Shown piece after piece: positions 1 through 8,012 of a DNA stretch of 32,000 nucleotides. Source of the stretch: Fodinibius salipaludis. Lineage in GTDB: Bacteria > Bacteroidota > Rhodothermia > Balneolales > Balneolaceae. The position numbers were made by a program, and so were the translations under genes. Positions within the stretch are counted from its first letter, which is position 1. Every line of letters starts with the position of its first letter. The stretch lies in assembly GCF_002287075.1 (NCBI RefSeq), contig NZ_NSKE01000004.1, positions 321,492 to 353,491 of the forward strand, in the 5' to 3' direction. Under the pieces are notes generated by a model, which saw only the letters and a program-made list of their open reading frames with translations, was not told where the DNA came from and did no database searches.

Positions 1-656
1 TGACGAACATTTCCGAACCCTTCTGATCCGGGTTGATCCACAAAAGGCATTCCCGAAGCCTGTGTTTCACTGAATAAATTACCCCCATCAGCTTTGAGTC
101 CCGCGGGATTTGAAAATCGAGCCAACTCAATTTGGCCTAATTCAACTTCACGGTTATCGCCGCCCATCAGGGCCGTAACAGTACCATCCTGTGAAACATC
201 TATCGCCTTGGCTTCCATAGGTACTTCAATCTGTTCTGCCAGAGGCAAGCCGGAACTATTAACCAGCATTCCCGAAGAATCACGGGTGAAGTTTCCGTCA
301 CGGGTATAGCCTATTGAACCATCTGGCTTCTCAACACGGAAAAATCCGTCACCACTAATTGCCATATCTAAAGGATTACCGGTTTCAGAGATCGATCCCT
401 GGGTAAAATTCCTGATCGTTGATACTGCTTGTGAACCGTGACCAAGCTGTAACCGCGGACTATCATTGGAAATGCGATTAGCCGAAGCTCCGGCTTTTGA
501 AACAGCAATATCCTCATAAAAGAGATCCTGAAAAGCGATATTACTCTTTTTAAATCCTGTGGTACTTACGTTCGACAGGTTATTGGCAATATTATCTACT
601 GACTTTTGCTGAGCACTCATCCCGAGCGAAGCAGTTGTTAAAGCTCTAAAAGGCAT
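1..656 (-). CDS. flgG: Flagellar distal rod protein FlgG, partial (C-terminal ~45 aa lie beyond the left window edge)
   Basis: Absent from the ORF track because no stop lies in the window. Hand translation of the minus strand from ATG 656-654 gives MPFRALTTASLGMSAQQKSVDNIANNLSNVSTTGFKKS...GDGFFRVEKPDGSIGYTRDGNFTRDSSGMLVNSSG...LARFSNPAGLKADGGNLFSETQASGMPFVDQPGSEGFGNVRQ, open to position 1. It has the rod-family N-terminal motif and a FlgG-type body, and follows flgF after a 21-nt gap. Confidence 0.88.
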   Translation of the reverse strand, partial: MPFRALTTASLGMSAQQKSVDNIANNLSNVSTTGFKKSNIAFQDLFYEDIAVSKAGASANRISNDSPRLQLGHGSQAVSTIRNFTQGSISETGNPLDMAISGDGFFRVEKPDGSIGYTRDGNFTRDSSGMLVNSSGLPLAEQIEVPMEAKAIDVSQDGTVTALMGGDNREVELGQIELARFSNPAGLKADGGNLFSETQASGMPFVDQPGSEGFGNVR

Positions 657-677
657 AGTGTTATTCCGTTTATTAAA

Positions 678-1415
678 TTAAAATTTTCCTAATTGCTGTG
701 TGGCTCGGCCCATCATTTGATCTGTGGTCGTCATGGCTCGCTGCTGCGATTCAAACATCTTTGTAGTCTTCATCATATCCACCATTTCGTTCAGTGGATC
801 TACATTTGAAGATTCATAATAACCCTGCATAATCTTGCTCGAAGGATCGTCAACCATAGCTCCTTCGGGAGCACTTAAATAATTACTTCCTCTACGCTCC
901 AACTGTGATGTGTCTTCAACCTGTACGATGCGAAGCTGATCAAATACTTCTCCATCAAGTCGAATAGTTCCATCATCGGCAACTTCTAAGTTGGCTTCAT
1001 CAGCCCCTCGACCTGTTGCTTTTAGATACTCTGGCATATGAATAGGCCCGGAGTCGCCCATTACGCGAGATCCATTTTCATCTACCAAAAATCCATTGCT
1101 GTTAAAATGCATCCGGCCATCACGTGTCAGCTGGGCTCCTTCACCATTCTCTACCACAAAAAAGCCTTTCCCCTTAATACCAAAATCAAGTGGATTCCCA
1201 GTCGGCTCAAGCACCCCCTGCTGCATATCAACCTGCTGCTGAGGTACTGACTTGGTCACCATTTGACCATCGATACGTTGTTGCACCATCTTTTGAAAGA
1301 CGTTGCTGCCTTTAAAACCCGGCGTATTAATATTTGCCAGATTGTTAGCTGTAACATCCTGCATTTTGGTCAACATCTGCATGGCCTGCATTTGAGCCTG
1401 TAGTCGATCAATCAT
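678..1415 (-). CDS. flgF: Flagellar proximal/distal rod protein FlgF
   Basis: 245-aa ORF. The N-terminus has TANNLANINTPGFKG (rod/hook family motif). Internally it has GKGFFVVENGEGAQLTRDGRMHFNSNGFLVDENG, and the C-terminus has YYESSNVDPLNEMVDMMKTTKMFESQQRAM. Size and position directly upstream of flgG fit FlgF. Confidence 0.85.
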   Translation of the reverse strand: MIDRLQAQMQAMQMLTKMQDVTANNLANINTPGFKGSNVFQKMVQQRIDGQMVTKSVPQQQVDMQQGVLEPTGNPLDFGIKGKGFFVVENGEGAQLTRDGRMHFNSNGFLVDENGSRVMGDSGPIHMPEYLKATGRGADEANLEVADDGTIRLDGEVFDQLRIVQVEDTSQLERRGSNYLSAPEGAMVDDPSSKIMQGYYESSNVDPLNEMVDMMKTTKMFESQQRAMTTTDQMMGRATQQLGKF

Positions 1416-1483
1416 AATGTCTTGAAATGCTTCATTATTACTTTAGTTAAAAATCCGGTGGTGCCGGCTGAGGTGTAAGTCTT

Positions 1484-1498
1484 TCAAATTCTATGCCA
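1484..1498 (-). promoter_or_regulatory. Candidate sigma-54 (-24/-12) promoter for flgF-flgG (imperfect -12)
   Basis: The minus strand reads TGGCATAGAATTTGA. It has correct GG(-24) and correct spacing, but the -12 element is TTGA instead of TTGC. It shares TGGCATAG with the stronger site upstream of flgB. It lies ~70 nt upstream of the flgF ATG (1415). Confidence 0.3.
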
Positions 1499-1560
1499 CC
1501 GATATTTTTGGCAGACTAATACCATTGTTTTAACCCGATTATCACAACACTAAATGCTCC

Positions 1561-1576
1561 TCCTTATATATAAGGA
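1561..1576. repeat. Perfect 16-bp palindrome TCCTTATATATAAGGA in the flgF/flhB divergent intergenic region
   Basis: Read directly: 1561-1576 is its own reverse complement. It is centred in the 367-bp region between divergent flgF and flhB. Confidence 0.6.
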
Positions 1577-1782
1577 TGGATTAGTCTCTCTTTTATTTAA
1601 CCTGATGGGCTTACCAAAAAGCAATTTGTGCCGAGATGTCTGTAGCGGTTAAAATCACCGTTAAAATGGAAATGTTTTCCGTCAGAGTGGATTATTTCTC
1701 CCTCATCCCTACAAATTCCATCCCCAAGACACTTAAATCAATTATTACGGAAATGGTACCGTATTTGAATTAACAATACGTT

Positions 1783-2856
1783 ATGTCCGATAAACAATCA
1801 GATCAAGAAAAAACAGAAGACCCCACGCAGAAGCGTCGTGAGAAAGCACGCGAAGAGGGTCAGGTTGCCATCAGCACCGAAATTTCTTCGGTAATGATTA
1901 TGGTGGTTTCAGTAATGACAGTTGTGGGTATGGGCGGATTCATGTATGGCCGTGTTGAAGCGCTCTTCGAAACGTTCTTTCTGAATGCACAGATGCCGGT
2001 TGAAAACCAAAATCATGCGGCAATTTACCTGGGAATAGCTTTTCGACACGGGATTGAAGCGATGACGCCCATTCTGATTGCACTTATCGCTACCGCGCTG
2101 GTAGTGAATCTCATTCAAACCAAAGGGGCTTTTTCGCTTAAAGCGATTAAGTTCAAACCCGAAAAGCTAAATCCCATTACCGGTATTCAAAACATTTTTT
2201 CGATGAAGGGGTTCGTAGAGCTGGCCAAAGGACTTTTTAAATTACTAATTATGGGCATCATCGTTTACTTCACCGTTTTCCCCAACATGGAACACTTTGT
2301 TTCCTTTTCTGTGATGCCATTAGAATACAATATTAGCGAGGCAGGAAGCTATGTGCTCCTTTTCTTAACCAGAACGTTTGTAGCCCTTACCATCCTCGCT
2401 ATTGTTGATGCGATTTACCAGCAGTATCAGCATAAAGAAGATCTTAAGATGAGCAAGAAAGAAGTGAAGGATGAACACAAGGAATCGGAAGGAGATCCCC
2501 AAATGAAAAACAAACGAAAACAGATGGGGCGATCCTTTATGAGTAAACGACTGGATCATGCGGTAATGGATTCGGATGTCGTCGTTACCAATCCTACACA
2601 CTATGCTATTGCTCTGCAATACGATCCCGAAAAAAATAATGCGCCGCTGGTGATGGCCAAAGGGCAACGTCTGCGAGCTCAAAAGATTAAAGAATATGCC
2701 AAAGAATTTGATATCCCTATTGTAGAAAATAAGCCCGTTGCCCAAGCTCTATTTGCCTCGGCCGAAGTTGACCAGCATATCCCCGAAGATCTCTATCGGG
2801 CTGTGGCCGAAATACTGGCTTACGTCTACAAGCTTAAAAACAAACACAATATTTAA
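1783..2856 (+). CDS. flhB: Flagellar type III export apparatus protein FlhB (substrate-specificity switch)
   Basis: 357 aa. It has the N-terminal EKTEDPTQKRREKAREEGQVAIS signature, four hydrophobic segments, and the NPTH autocleavage motif (VVVTNPTHYAIALQY). Confidence 0.95.
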   Translation: MSDKQSDQEKTEDPTQKRREKAREEGQVAISTEISSVMIMVVSVMTVVGMGGFMYGRVEALFETFFLNAQMPVENQNHAAIYLGIAFRHGIEAMTPILIALIATALVVNLIQTKGAFSLKAIKFKPEKLNPITGIQNIFSMKGFVELAKGLFKLLIMGIIVYFTVFPNMEHFVSFSVMPLEYNISEAGSYVLLFLTRTFVALTILAIVDAIYQQYQHKEDLKMSKKEVKDEHKESEGDPQMKNKRKQMGRSFMSKRLDHAVMDSDVVVTNPTHYAIALQYDPEKNNAPLVMAKGQRLRAQKIKEYAKEFDIPIVENKPVAQALFASAEVDQHIPEDLYRAVAEILAYVYKLKNKHNI

Positions 2857-2864
2857 TTGTAAGT

Positions 2865-4964
2865 ATGCCTTTTACGAAAATTTCAACAAACAAACTCAAG
2901 AACCGGTTTCTGCAAACCGATGTTCTTATTTCGTCGAGCATCATTGTCATTTTGTTGATAATGATTATCCCGTTTCCACCAATGCTGATGGACTTCTTTC
3001 TGGCACTTAACGTGTCACTGTCCATCATTGTAATGTTGGTGGCCTTTTACACGCTCAAACCGCTTGAGTTTGCGGTGTTTCCGGGTATGCTGCTTATTTT
3101 AACGCTCTTTCGACTCTCGCTGAATATTGCTTCTACCCGACTTATCCTAAGTGAAGGATATGCAGGATCTGTCATTGAATCGTTCGGTGGTTTTATTGTA
3201 CAAGGCAATTATGTGATCGGTATTATTATCTTTGCTGTACTAATTATTATCAACTTTGTGGTTATTACAAAAGGGGCCACTCGTATTGCCGAAGTAGGTG
3301 CACGCTTTACTTTGGACGCGATGCCCGGGAAACAGATGTCTATCGATGCTGACCTGAGTGCAGGGCTTATCACCGATCAGGAGGCCAAACATCGACGTGA
3401 GGAAATTGCCCGCGAAGCTGATTTCTACGGTGCCATGGATGGTGCCAGTAAATTTGTACGCGGTGACGTTATTGCTGGATTGCTGATTACTTGTATCAAT
3501 ATCATTGGCGGCCTTGTTATTGGAACAGTACAAAATGGAATGGAAATAGGGGAAGCTGCCAAGCTTTATACACTATTAACTATTGGCGATGGCTTGGTGT
3601 CACAGATTCCCGCCCTGCTCATTTCTACCGCGGCCGGCCTTATTGTTTCGCGAGCCGCTTCGGAAGGAAACTTAAGTGAGGAACTCGTAAGCCAGCTTTT
3701 GGGAGATCCCAAAACACTTATGCTGGGCGCCTTTTTTGTTCTTTTCTTAGGCATCATGCCAGGCATGCCTTTTATCCCCTTTGCGCTCATGGGCGGACTC
3801 TTCATCACTCTTGCCTATAAACGACACGAAGATGAAGAACAAGAAAAGACAGCCGAAGCTCAACAACAAGAACTGCCTGAGGGCGAAACTGATAGCGTAG
3901 AAGATTATTTACTACTGGATACTCTCGAGCTCGAAATTGGCTATAGCCTTATCTCTATGGTTGAAGAACAGCAAGGGGGCGATCTTCTCGATCGAATTAC
4001 TTCGCTACGGAAGCAATTAGCTTCGGAGCTGGGTATCATTATTCCATCCGTTCGCATTCGCGATAATGTCCAACTGGATGCTAATCGGTATATCATTAAG
4101 ATGCGCGGTATTGAACAAGGTGATGGTGAGTTGTTACCTGATTACCACTTAGCTCTTGTTCCTTCCGATTTTGATGCAAACATCCAGGGTATTGAAACAA
4201 AAGATCCTACTTTTGGAATGGATGCGATCTGGGTAAGCGGAAAAAATAAGTCTGAAGCGGAAAAATTTGGTCTTTCGGTAATCGAAGCCGGTGCTGTTAT
4301 CACAACCCACTTAATGGAGGTGCTTAAGAAAAATGCACACAAACTTATCGACCGTCAAATGGTTAAACGGCTGGTTGATAATATCGAGGAACAGTCTCCT
4401 GCTCTCGTTGAAGAGCTGGTACCCGAGGGTATGCGTATTGGTGAAATACAGAAAGTACTCAAACGATTGCTGCGTGAGCGCATCCCTATTAACAACTTAG
4501 TTACAATCCTCGAAACACTTGCAGATCACTGCCCACAAACCCAAAACACTGATATTCTAACGGAATATTGCCGGGCATCACTTTCAGAAATTATCACAAA
4601 ACGATTTGTGGGCGAAGACAATGAAATTGTAGTCGTAATGATGGGTTCCAACTTGGAATCGCGACTTATTCAACAAGCACAACAGGGCGGACTTAATGCC
4701 AATACCCTTGGCCTTGAACCAAGCCTGGTTGAGCAACTTTATAAAAACGCCTCCAGTACTTTTGAGGATATGATCCACCAGGGCTACGACCCTGTTTTAC
4801 TAACTTCGCCGGTGCTTCGACACACCCTATTCGAGTTTTTGGCACCAATTTTGCCTGATATAAATGTGCTGTCGTACAACGATATTAGCCAAAATGTGCA
4901 ATTCCAAACATTCGATCGATTGCACCTTGAACAAGCAGAATTAAATGAAGCTGCAACAGTATGA
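2865..4964 (+). CDS. flhA: Flagellar type III export gate protein FlhA
   Basis: 699 aa with a polytopic N-terminal domain. It has the conserved FHIPEP-family blocks RFTLDAMPGKQMSIDADL and KFVRGDVIAGLLI and a large cytoplasmic C-domain. It starts 8 nt after flhB. Confidence 0.97.
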   Translation: MPFTKISTNKLKNRFLQTDVLISSSIIVILLIMIIPFPPMLMDFFLALNVSLSIIVMLVAFYTLKPLEFAVFPGMLLILTLFRLSLNIASTRLILSEGYAGSVIESFGGFIVQGNYVIGIIIFAVLIIINFVVITKGATRIAEVGARFTLDAMPGKQMSIDADLSAGLITDQEAKHRREEIAREADFYGAMDGASKFVRGDVIAGLLITCINIIGGLVIGTVQNGMEIGEAAKLYTLLTIGDGLVSQIPALLISTAAGLIVSRAASEGNLSEELVSQLLGDPKTLMLGAFFVLFLGIMPGMPFIPFALMGGLFITLAYKRHEDEEQEKTAEAQQQELPEGETDSVEDYLLLDTLELEIGYSLISMVEEQQGGDLLDRITSLRKQLASELGIIIPSVRIRDNVQLDANRYIIKMRGIEQGDGELLPDYHLALVPSDFDANIQGIETKDPTFGMDAIWVSGKNKSEAEKFGLSVIEAGAVITTHLMEVLKKNAHKLIDRQMVKRLVDNIEEQSPALVEELVPEGMRIGEIQKVLKRLLRERIPINNLVTILETLADHCPQTQNTDILTEYCRASLSEIITKRFVGEDNEIVVVMMGSNLESRLIQQAQQGGLNANTLGLEPSLVEQLYKNASSTFEDMIHQGYDPVLLTSPVLRHTLFEFLAPILPDINVLSYNDISQNVQFQTFDRLHLEQAELNEAATV

Positions 4965-6460
4965 TACTTAGCAAATTTATAGATAAAACCTTCAAAGCAG
5001 CCAAGGAAAGTGCGCTGCAAATCTATGGGGATGACTATTCGAACCTAAAGGATGTGGTCCCCGGAAAGGAAGAGGATGATGGAAACAATGCTTCCGACAA
5101 ACGGAAAAAGAAGCAATCTAAATCCGAAAACAAAAAACGCCCCGTTACCCAAAAAGCGACTCGTGGCGTAGTATTTGAACGATCTGCTGGTGCGAAACCA
5201 GACAACAAAGATTCCTCCAACAAAAAATTGGAAAAGAAGCTGGAATCTATTCGCAAATATGCTGCACAACAAACCAAAGAAAATACAAGAGAATCCTTTA
5301 ACAAAGCAGATGCTACTACTGATGCTAAACCAGCAATCACAACCAATAAAAAGAATTCAACATCGGAGCAGCAGTCAATAAATGATGTCTACAGCAGAAA
5401 AGATATCCGAAACCGCACATCTGCTGTTAAGAGAAGGAATTCTCAAAAAGAAACTCCCAAACAAGAATTTGAGACGGTAACCTTGAACAATATGGAACCT
5501 CCATCAGAAAGTGATCTGTTATACGACAAGTTTGTCGAAGAACTTCCTAACGGCGTGTCTCCGGTTGCTCATAGCAAAGAAGAACAAACAGATGCCAAAA
5601 ATTCTGATGATGACGCCATTCACAAACGATTGGATCGGCTGGAATCACTGATACATCTGGCGCTTTCTACCCCGGATACTGCCTATTCCGAACATCCCCT
5701 ATTCCACAAACTGCTGCATAAGGGGGTATCACAAAAATTAATTCGCGGATGGTTTGAACATATCATCGAACAAGGCATTCAACCGGCCCAGCAGCCCCAG
5801 CTTTTTTATTCAAAATTGCTGCAACACATTGATGAGTTACTGCAACAGTCAAAAGCTGGAAATCCTAAAAGAATTATGTTATTTGCTGGTCGGTCGGGTT
5901 CGGGTAAAACTCATTTAATTATGAAGCTGGCGTCGCTGCCACTCTTTGCAGCTAATAAGCAAATTGCTATTGCATCGTTTGCCCCGACTAATGGAAGTAC
6001 CAAAAACAGATACAGCATTCTTGCCCCATTTTGCAACGATCAAGGAATTGATTTTTATCATATCGAAAGTACCGAACAGGTGAAGGCCGTTGCACCAAAG
6101 TGGAAGAACTATGATCATGTATTAATCGATACCCCCTCTCTTGAAATGGAAGGACAATCGCTCATTGAAGATATTGCCTCATTAAAAAATGAATTTTATA
6201 ATAAAATGGGTATCGAAACCCACTATCTGGTGAATACAGCCGTAAACGGTACTGCTTTTAACGATCCGTTGGCAAAAGACATTGAGGCCGATCATATTGC
6301 TCTTTCACACATTGATCAGTCACTTAAATGGGGTAAAACCGTACAGCTTTTAGCTAATACCGATTACAAGTTGCGGTATATCAGTAGTGGCCCATCAATC
6401 ATGAGTGATCTACTCCCGTTTAAACCAGAAAAATTTGCTCGAAAGCTATTACGAGCCTGA
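4961..6460 (+). CDS. flhF: Flagellar biosynthesis SRP-type NTPase FlhF (divergent G-motifs)
   Basis: 499 aa, with an ATGA overlap with the flhA stop. The ~220-aa N-terminus is long, lysine-rich and low-complexity. The C-terminal NTPase domain has the P-loop GRSGSGKT (5888-5911). The flhB-flhA-flhF order is canonical. The DTAG-like and TKxD-like motifs read DTPS and SHID (see findings). Confidence 0.75.
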   Translation: MILSKFIDKTFKAAKESALQIYGDDYSNLKDVVPGKEEDDGNNASDKRKKKQSKSENKKRPVTQKATRGVVFERSAGAKPDNKDSSNKKLEKKLESIRKYAAQQTKENTRESFNKADATTDAKPAITTNKKNSTSEQQSINDVYSRKDIRNRTSAVKRRNSQKETPKQEFETVTLNNMEPPSESDLLYDKFVEELPNGVSPVAHSKEEQTDAKNSDDDAIHKRLDRLESLIHLALSTPDTAYSEHPLFHKLLHKGVSQKLIRGWFEHIIEQGIQPAQQPQLFYSKLLQHIDELLQQSKAGNPKRIMLFAGRSGSGKTHLIMKLASLPLFAANKQIAIASFAPTNGSTKNRYSILAPFCNDQGIDFYHIESTEQVKAVAPKWKNYDHVLIDTPSLEMEGQSLIEDIASLKNEFYNKMGIETHYLVNTAVNGTAFNDPLAKDIEADHIALSHIDQSLKWGKTVQLLANTDYKLRYISSGPSIMSDLLPFKPEKFARKLLRA

Positions 6461-6467
6461 CAGAAGC

Positions 6468-6500
6468 ATTGTAAGGAAGACAAAACAAAAATTGTAAGGA
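6468..6500 (+). repeat. Direct repeat ATTGTAAGGA x2 (23-nt register) in the flhF-orf78 gap
   Basis: ATTGTAAGGA occurs at 6468-6477 and again at 6491-6500. Each copy is followed by an ACAAAAC-containing tract. Both copies are too far from the 6519 ATG to serve as its Shine-Dalgarno. Confidence 0.6.
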
Positions 6501-6518
6501 CTAACAAAACCAAGCACC

Positions 6519-6755
6519 ATGTTATTACGAATTATAGCGGTTATATCTCTTATCCAGTTTCTATTGCTTATGGTATCGGGCGAAAGCATCAACCTTGCCC
6601 TATACCGTGGTCTACTGGTATTCCTGATTCTATTCTCGCTGGTATACATCTCGATGTTCCTGCTGAATATAGTACAGGAAAACACCAACGCTATATCTAA
6701 GGGGTCAACTGCAGCAGAAGGCAATAAATCACAGAATAAGAGTGGAGAATCATGA
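6519..6755 (+). CDS. Small predicted two-TM membrane protein (78 aa), unknown function, occupying the usual flhG slot
   Basis: ATG start. There are two hydrophobic helices (LLRIIAVISLIQFLLLMV and LLVFLILFSLVYISMFLLNIV) and a polar tail. Its stop overlaps the fliA start (ATGA at 6752-6755), which suggests translational coupling. I recognise no family. Confidence 0.45.
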   Translation: MLLRIIAVISLIQFLLLMVSGESINLALYRGLLVFLILFSLVYISMFLLNIVQENTNAISKGSTAAEGNKSQNKSGES

Positions 6756-7519
6756 TGAGCAATAAATCACTACAGGAGCTTGCCGAGCTACACTGCGAGA
6801 ATCCATCAAATGGATTACGGAATGCGATTATCAGTAAATCTATGCCGCTTATCCGCAGTATAATTGGCAAAATCAACATACCCGACCAACCGTTAACACA
6901 ACATGAAGATATTGAAAGTGCCGGTATAAGCGGACTCATCCAGGCGATGGATTCTTACGACTGCAGCCGAAATATTAAGTTTAACACCTTTGTTTACTAT
7001 CGTATCCGTGGCAATATCATCGATTACCTACGCAAGATTGATCAGTTACCCCGGCAGAAACGAAAAGATTACGGTACAGTTAAGAAAGTGATACAGGAGC
7101 TTTCGCAACAACTTGGCCGTAAACCCAGCGACGGAGAAGTAGCTCGTGAACTCAATATGGATATCGAAGATTATCGTCAGTTGCTATCAAATGTGCAGAC
7201 ACGTAACGCCCTGTCGCTTGACAGCAGCTTCAACAACGACGAATCAAACTCATTTTACGAGATCCACGAAAATGCCGATGTAGAAATGCCCGATCAGGAT
7301 CTTGTTAATAAAGAGCGGGCTCAAATACTCAAAGAAAAGATTGGTGATCTCGGAGAACGCGATCGTCTCATCCTCACACTCTACTACTACGAGGATATGA
7401 CTATGCAGGAAGTTGCTTTACTGCTTGAACTATCCGAAGCTCGAATATCCCAGCTTATCGGCCAGATTCTTGTTCGCCTCAAAGGTGATTTGGTAAAAGA
7501 AAAAGTGACGGTAGAGTAA
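6752..7519 (+). CDS. fliA: Flagellar RNA polymerase sigma factor FliA (sigma-28)
   Basis: 255 aa sigma-70 family protein. Region 2 reads NIKFNTFVYYRIRGNIIDYLRK. The region 4.2 HTH reads DRLILTLYYYEDMTMQEVALLLELSEARISQLIGQILVRLK. Size and flagellar context fit sigma-28. Confidence 0.9.
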   Translation: MMSNKSLQELAELHCENPSNGLRNAIISKSMPLIRSIIGKINIPDQPLTQHEDIESAGISGLIQAMDSYDCSRNIKFNTFVYYRIRGNIIDYLRKIDQLPRQKRKDYGTVKKVIQELSQQLGRKPSDGEVARELNMDIEDYRQLLSNVQTRNALSLDSSFNNDESNSFYEIHENADVEMPDQDLVNKERAQILKEKIGDLGERDRLILTLYYYEDMTMQEVALLLELSEARISQLIGQILVRLKGDLVKEKVTVE

Positions 7520-7589
7520 TCCCTTTTCCCTAAAAGGTTATCTTTACCGTTTATCTTTCCCGCTTGTTTCACGGGATATTATATACATC

Positions 7590-7612
7590 CGTTGTCTTCC
7601 TCAAAGACAACG
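7590..7612 (+). terminator. Possible fliA terminator hairpin (9-bp stem)
   Basis: CGTTGTCTT-cctca-AAGACAACG, followed by a moderately T-rich tail with no clean T-run. A weaker hairpin CCTTTT-ccct-AAAAGG sits at 7522-7537, immediately after the fliA stop. Confidence 0.3.
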
Positions 7613-8012
7613 CCCTTGGCTTATAAATCTTTGTCCCCTTCTCTTATTGGTGAAATAAGTTCTATTTAGTCCTACCATTTTTTAGGCAGCGATCCTCTCA
7701 CAACTTTACGTAACAGCGATGCCATCGCCCAAGCAATAGCCTCTACTAACTTAACTTCTACTCAGATCCATTTACTCCTATGCCGTTACTTTGTTGCGGT
7801 ATACAACTCATCTTGCTAACAAGGTGACTATTCGTAATCTCATTACAAAACTCTGCATCACAACAAAAATAACATAGTTCGGATACCGTTTCCGCAGTGA
7901 AGTCAAACCGCATCAAAGCTATAGAACAAGATAAATGATATCATTTTTTTCATCTCATGATGATTTAAAGCATTGACACGAGATAAGTTTCATATTATGA
8001 ATAAGCTAATGA

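Noticed and set aside
94-309. 71-aa plus-strand ORF at the left edge, and the many other 60-130-aa track ORFs (e.g. 2365-2745, 5035-5346, 17859-18218, 23150-23446, 25099-25526)
   Set aside because: All lie antisense to, or out of frame within, confidently assigned flagellar, chemotaxis or kinase genes, and they show low-complexity or unbiased composition.
1754-1768. Sigma-54-like TGGTACCGTATTTGA on the plus strand upstream of flhB
   Set aside because: The -12 element is TTGA, and the predicted start would fall ~3 nt before the flhB ATG, giving an essentially leaderless mRNA. It is too weak to call.
1666-1773. 35-aa ORF (MEMFSVRVDYFSLIPTNSIPKTLKSIITEMVPYLN) ending 9 nt before flhB
   Set aside because: Its position is suggestive of an upstream or leader ORF. 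I cannot support it with any motif, hydrophobic segment or family resemblance.
7455-7462. Exact GCCGATAA (sigma-28 -10) on the minus strand
   Set aside because: It lies inside the fliA coding sequence (encoding LIGQ on the plus strand). There is no minus-strand gene downstream and no TAAA at the right spacing, so it is likely a chance match.
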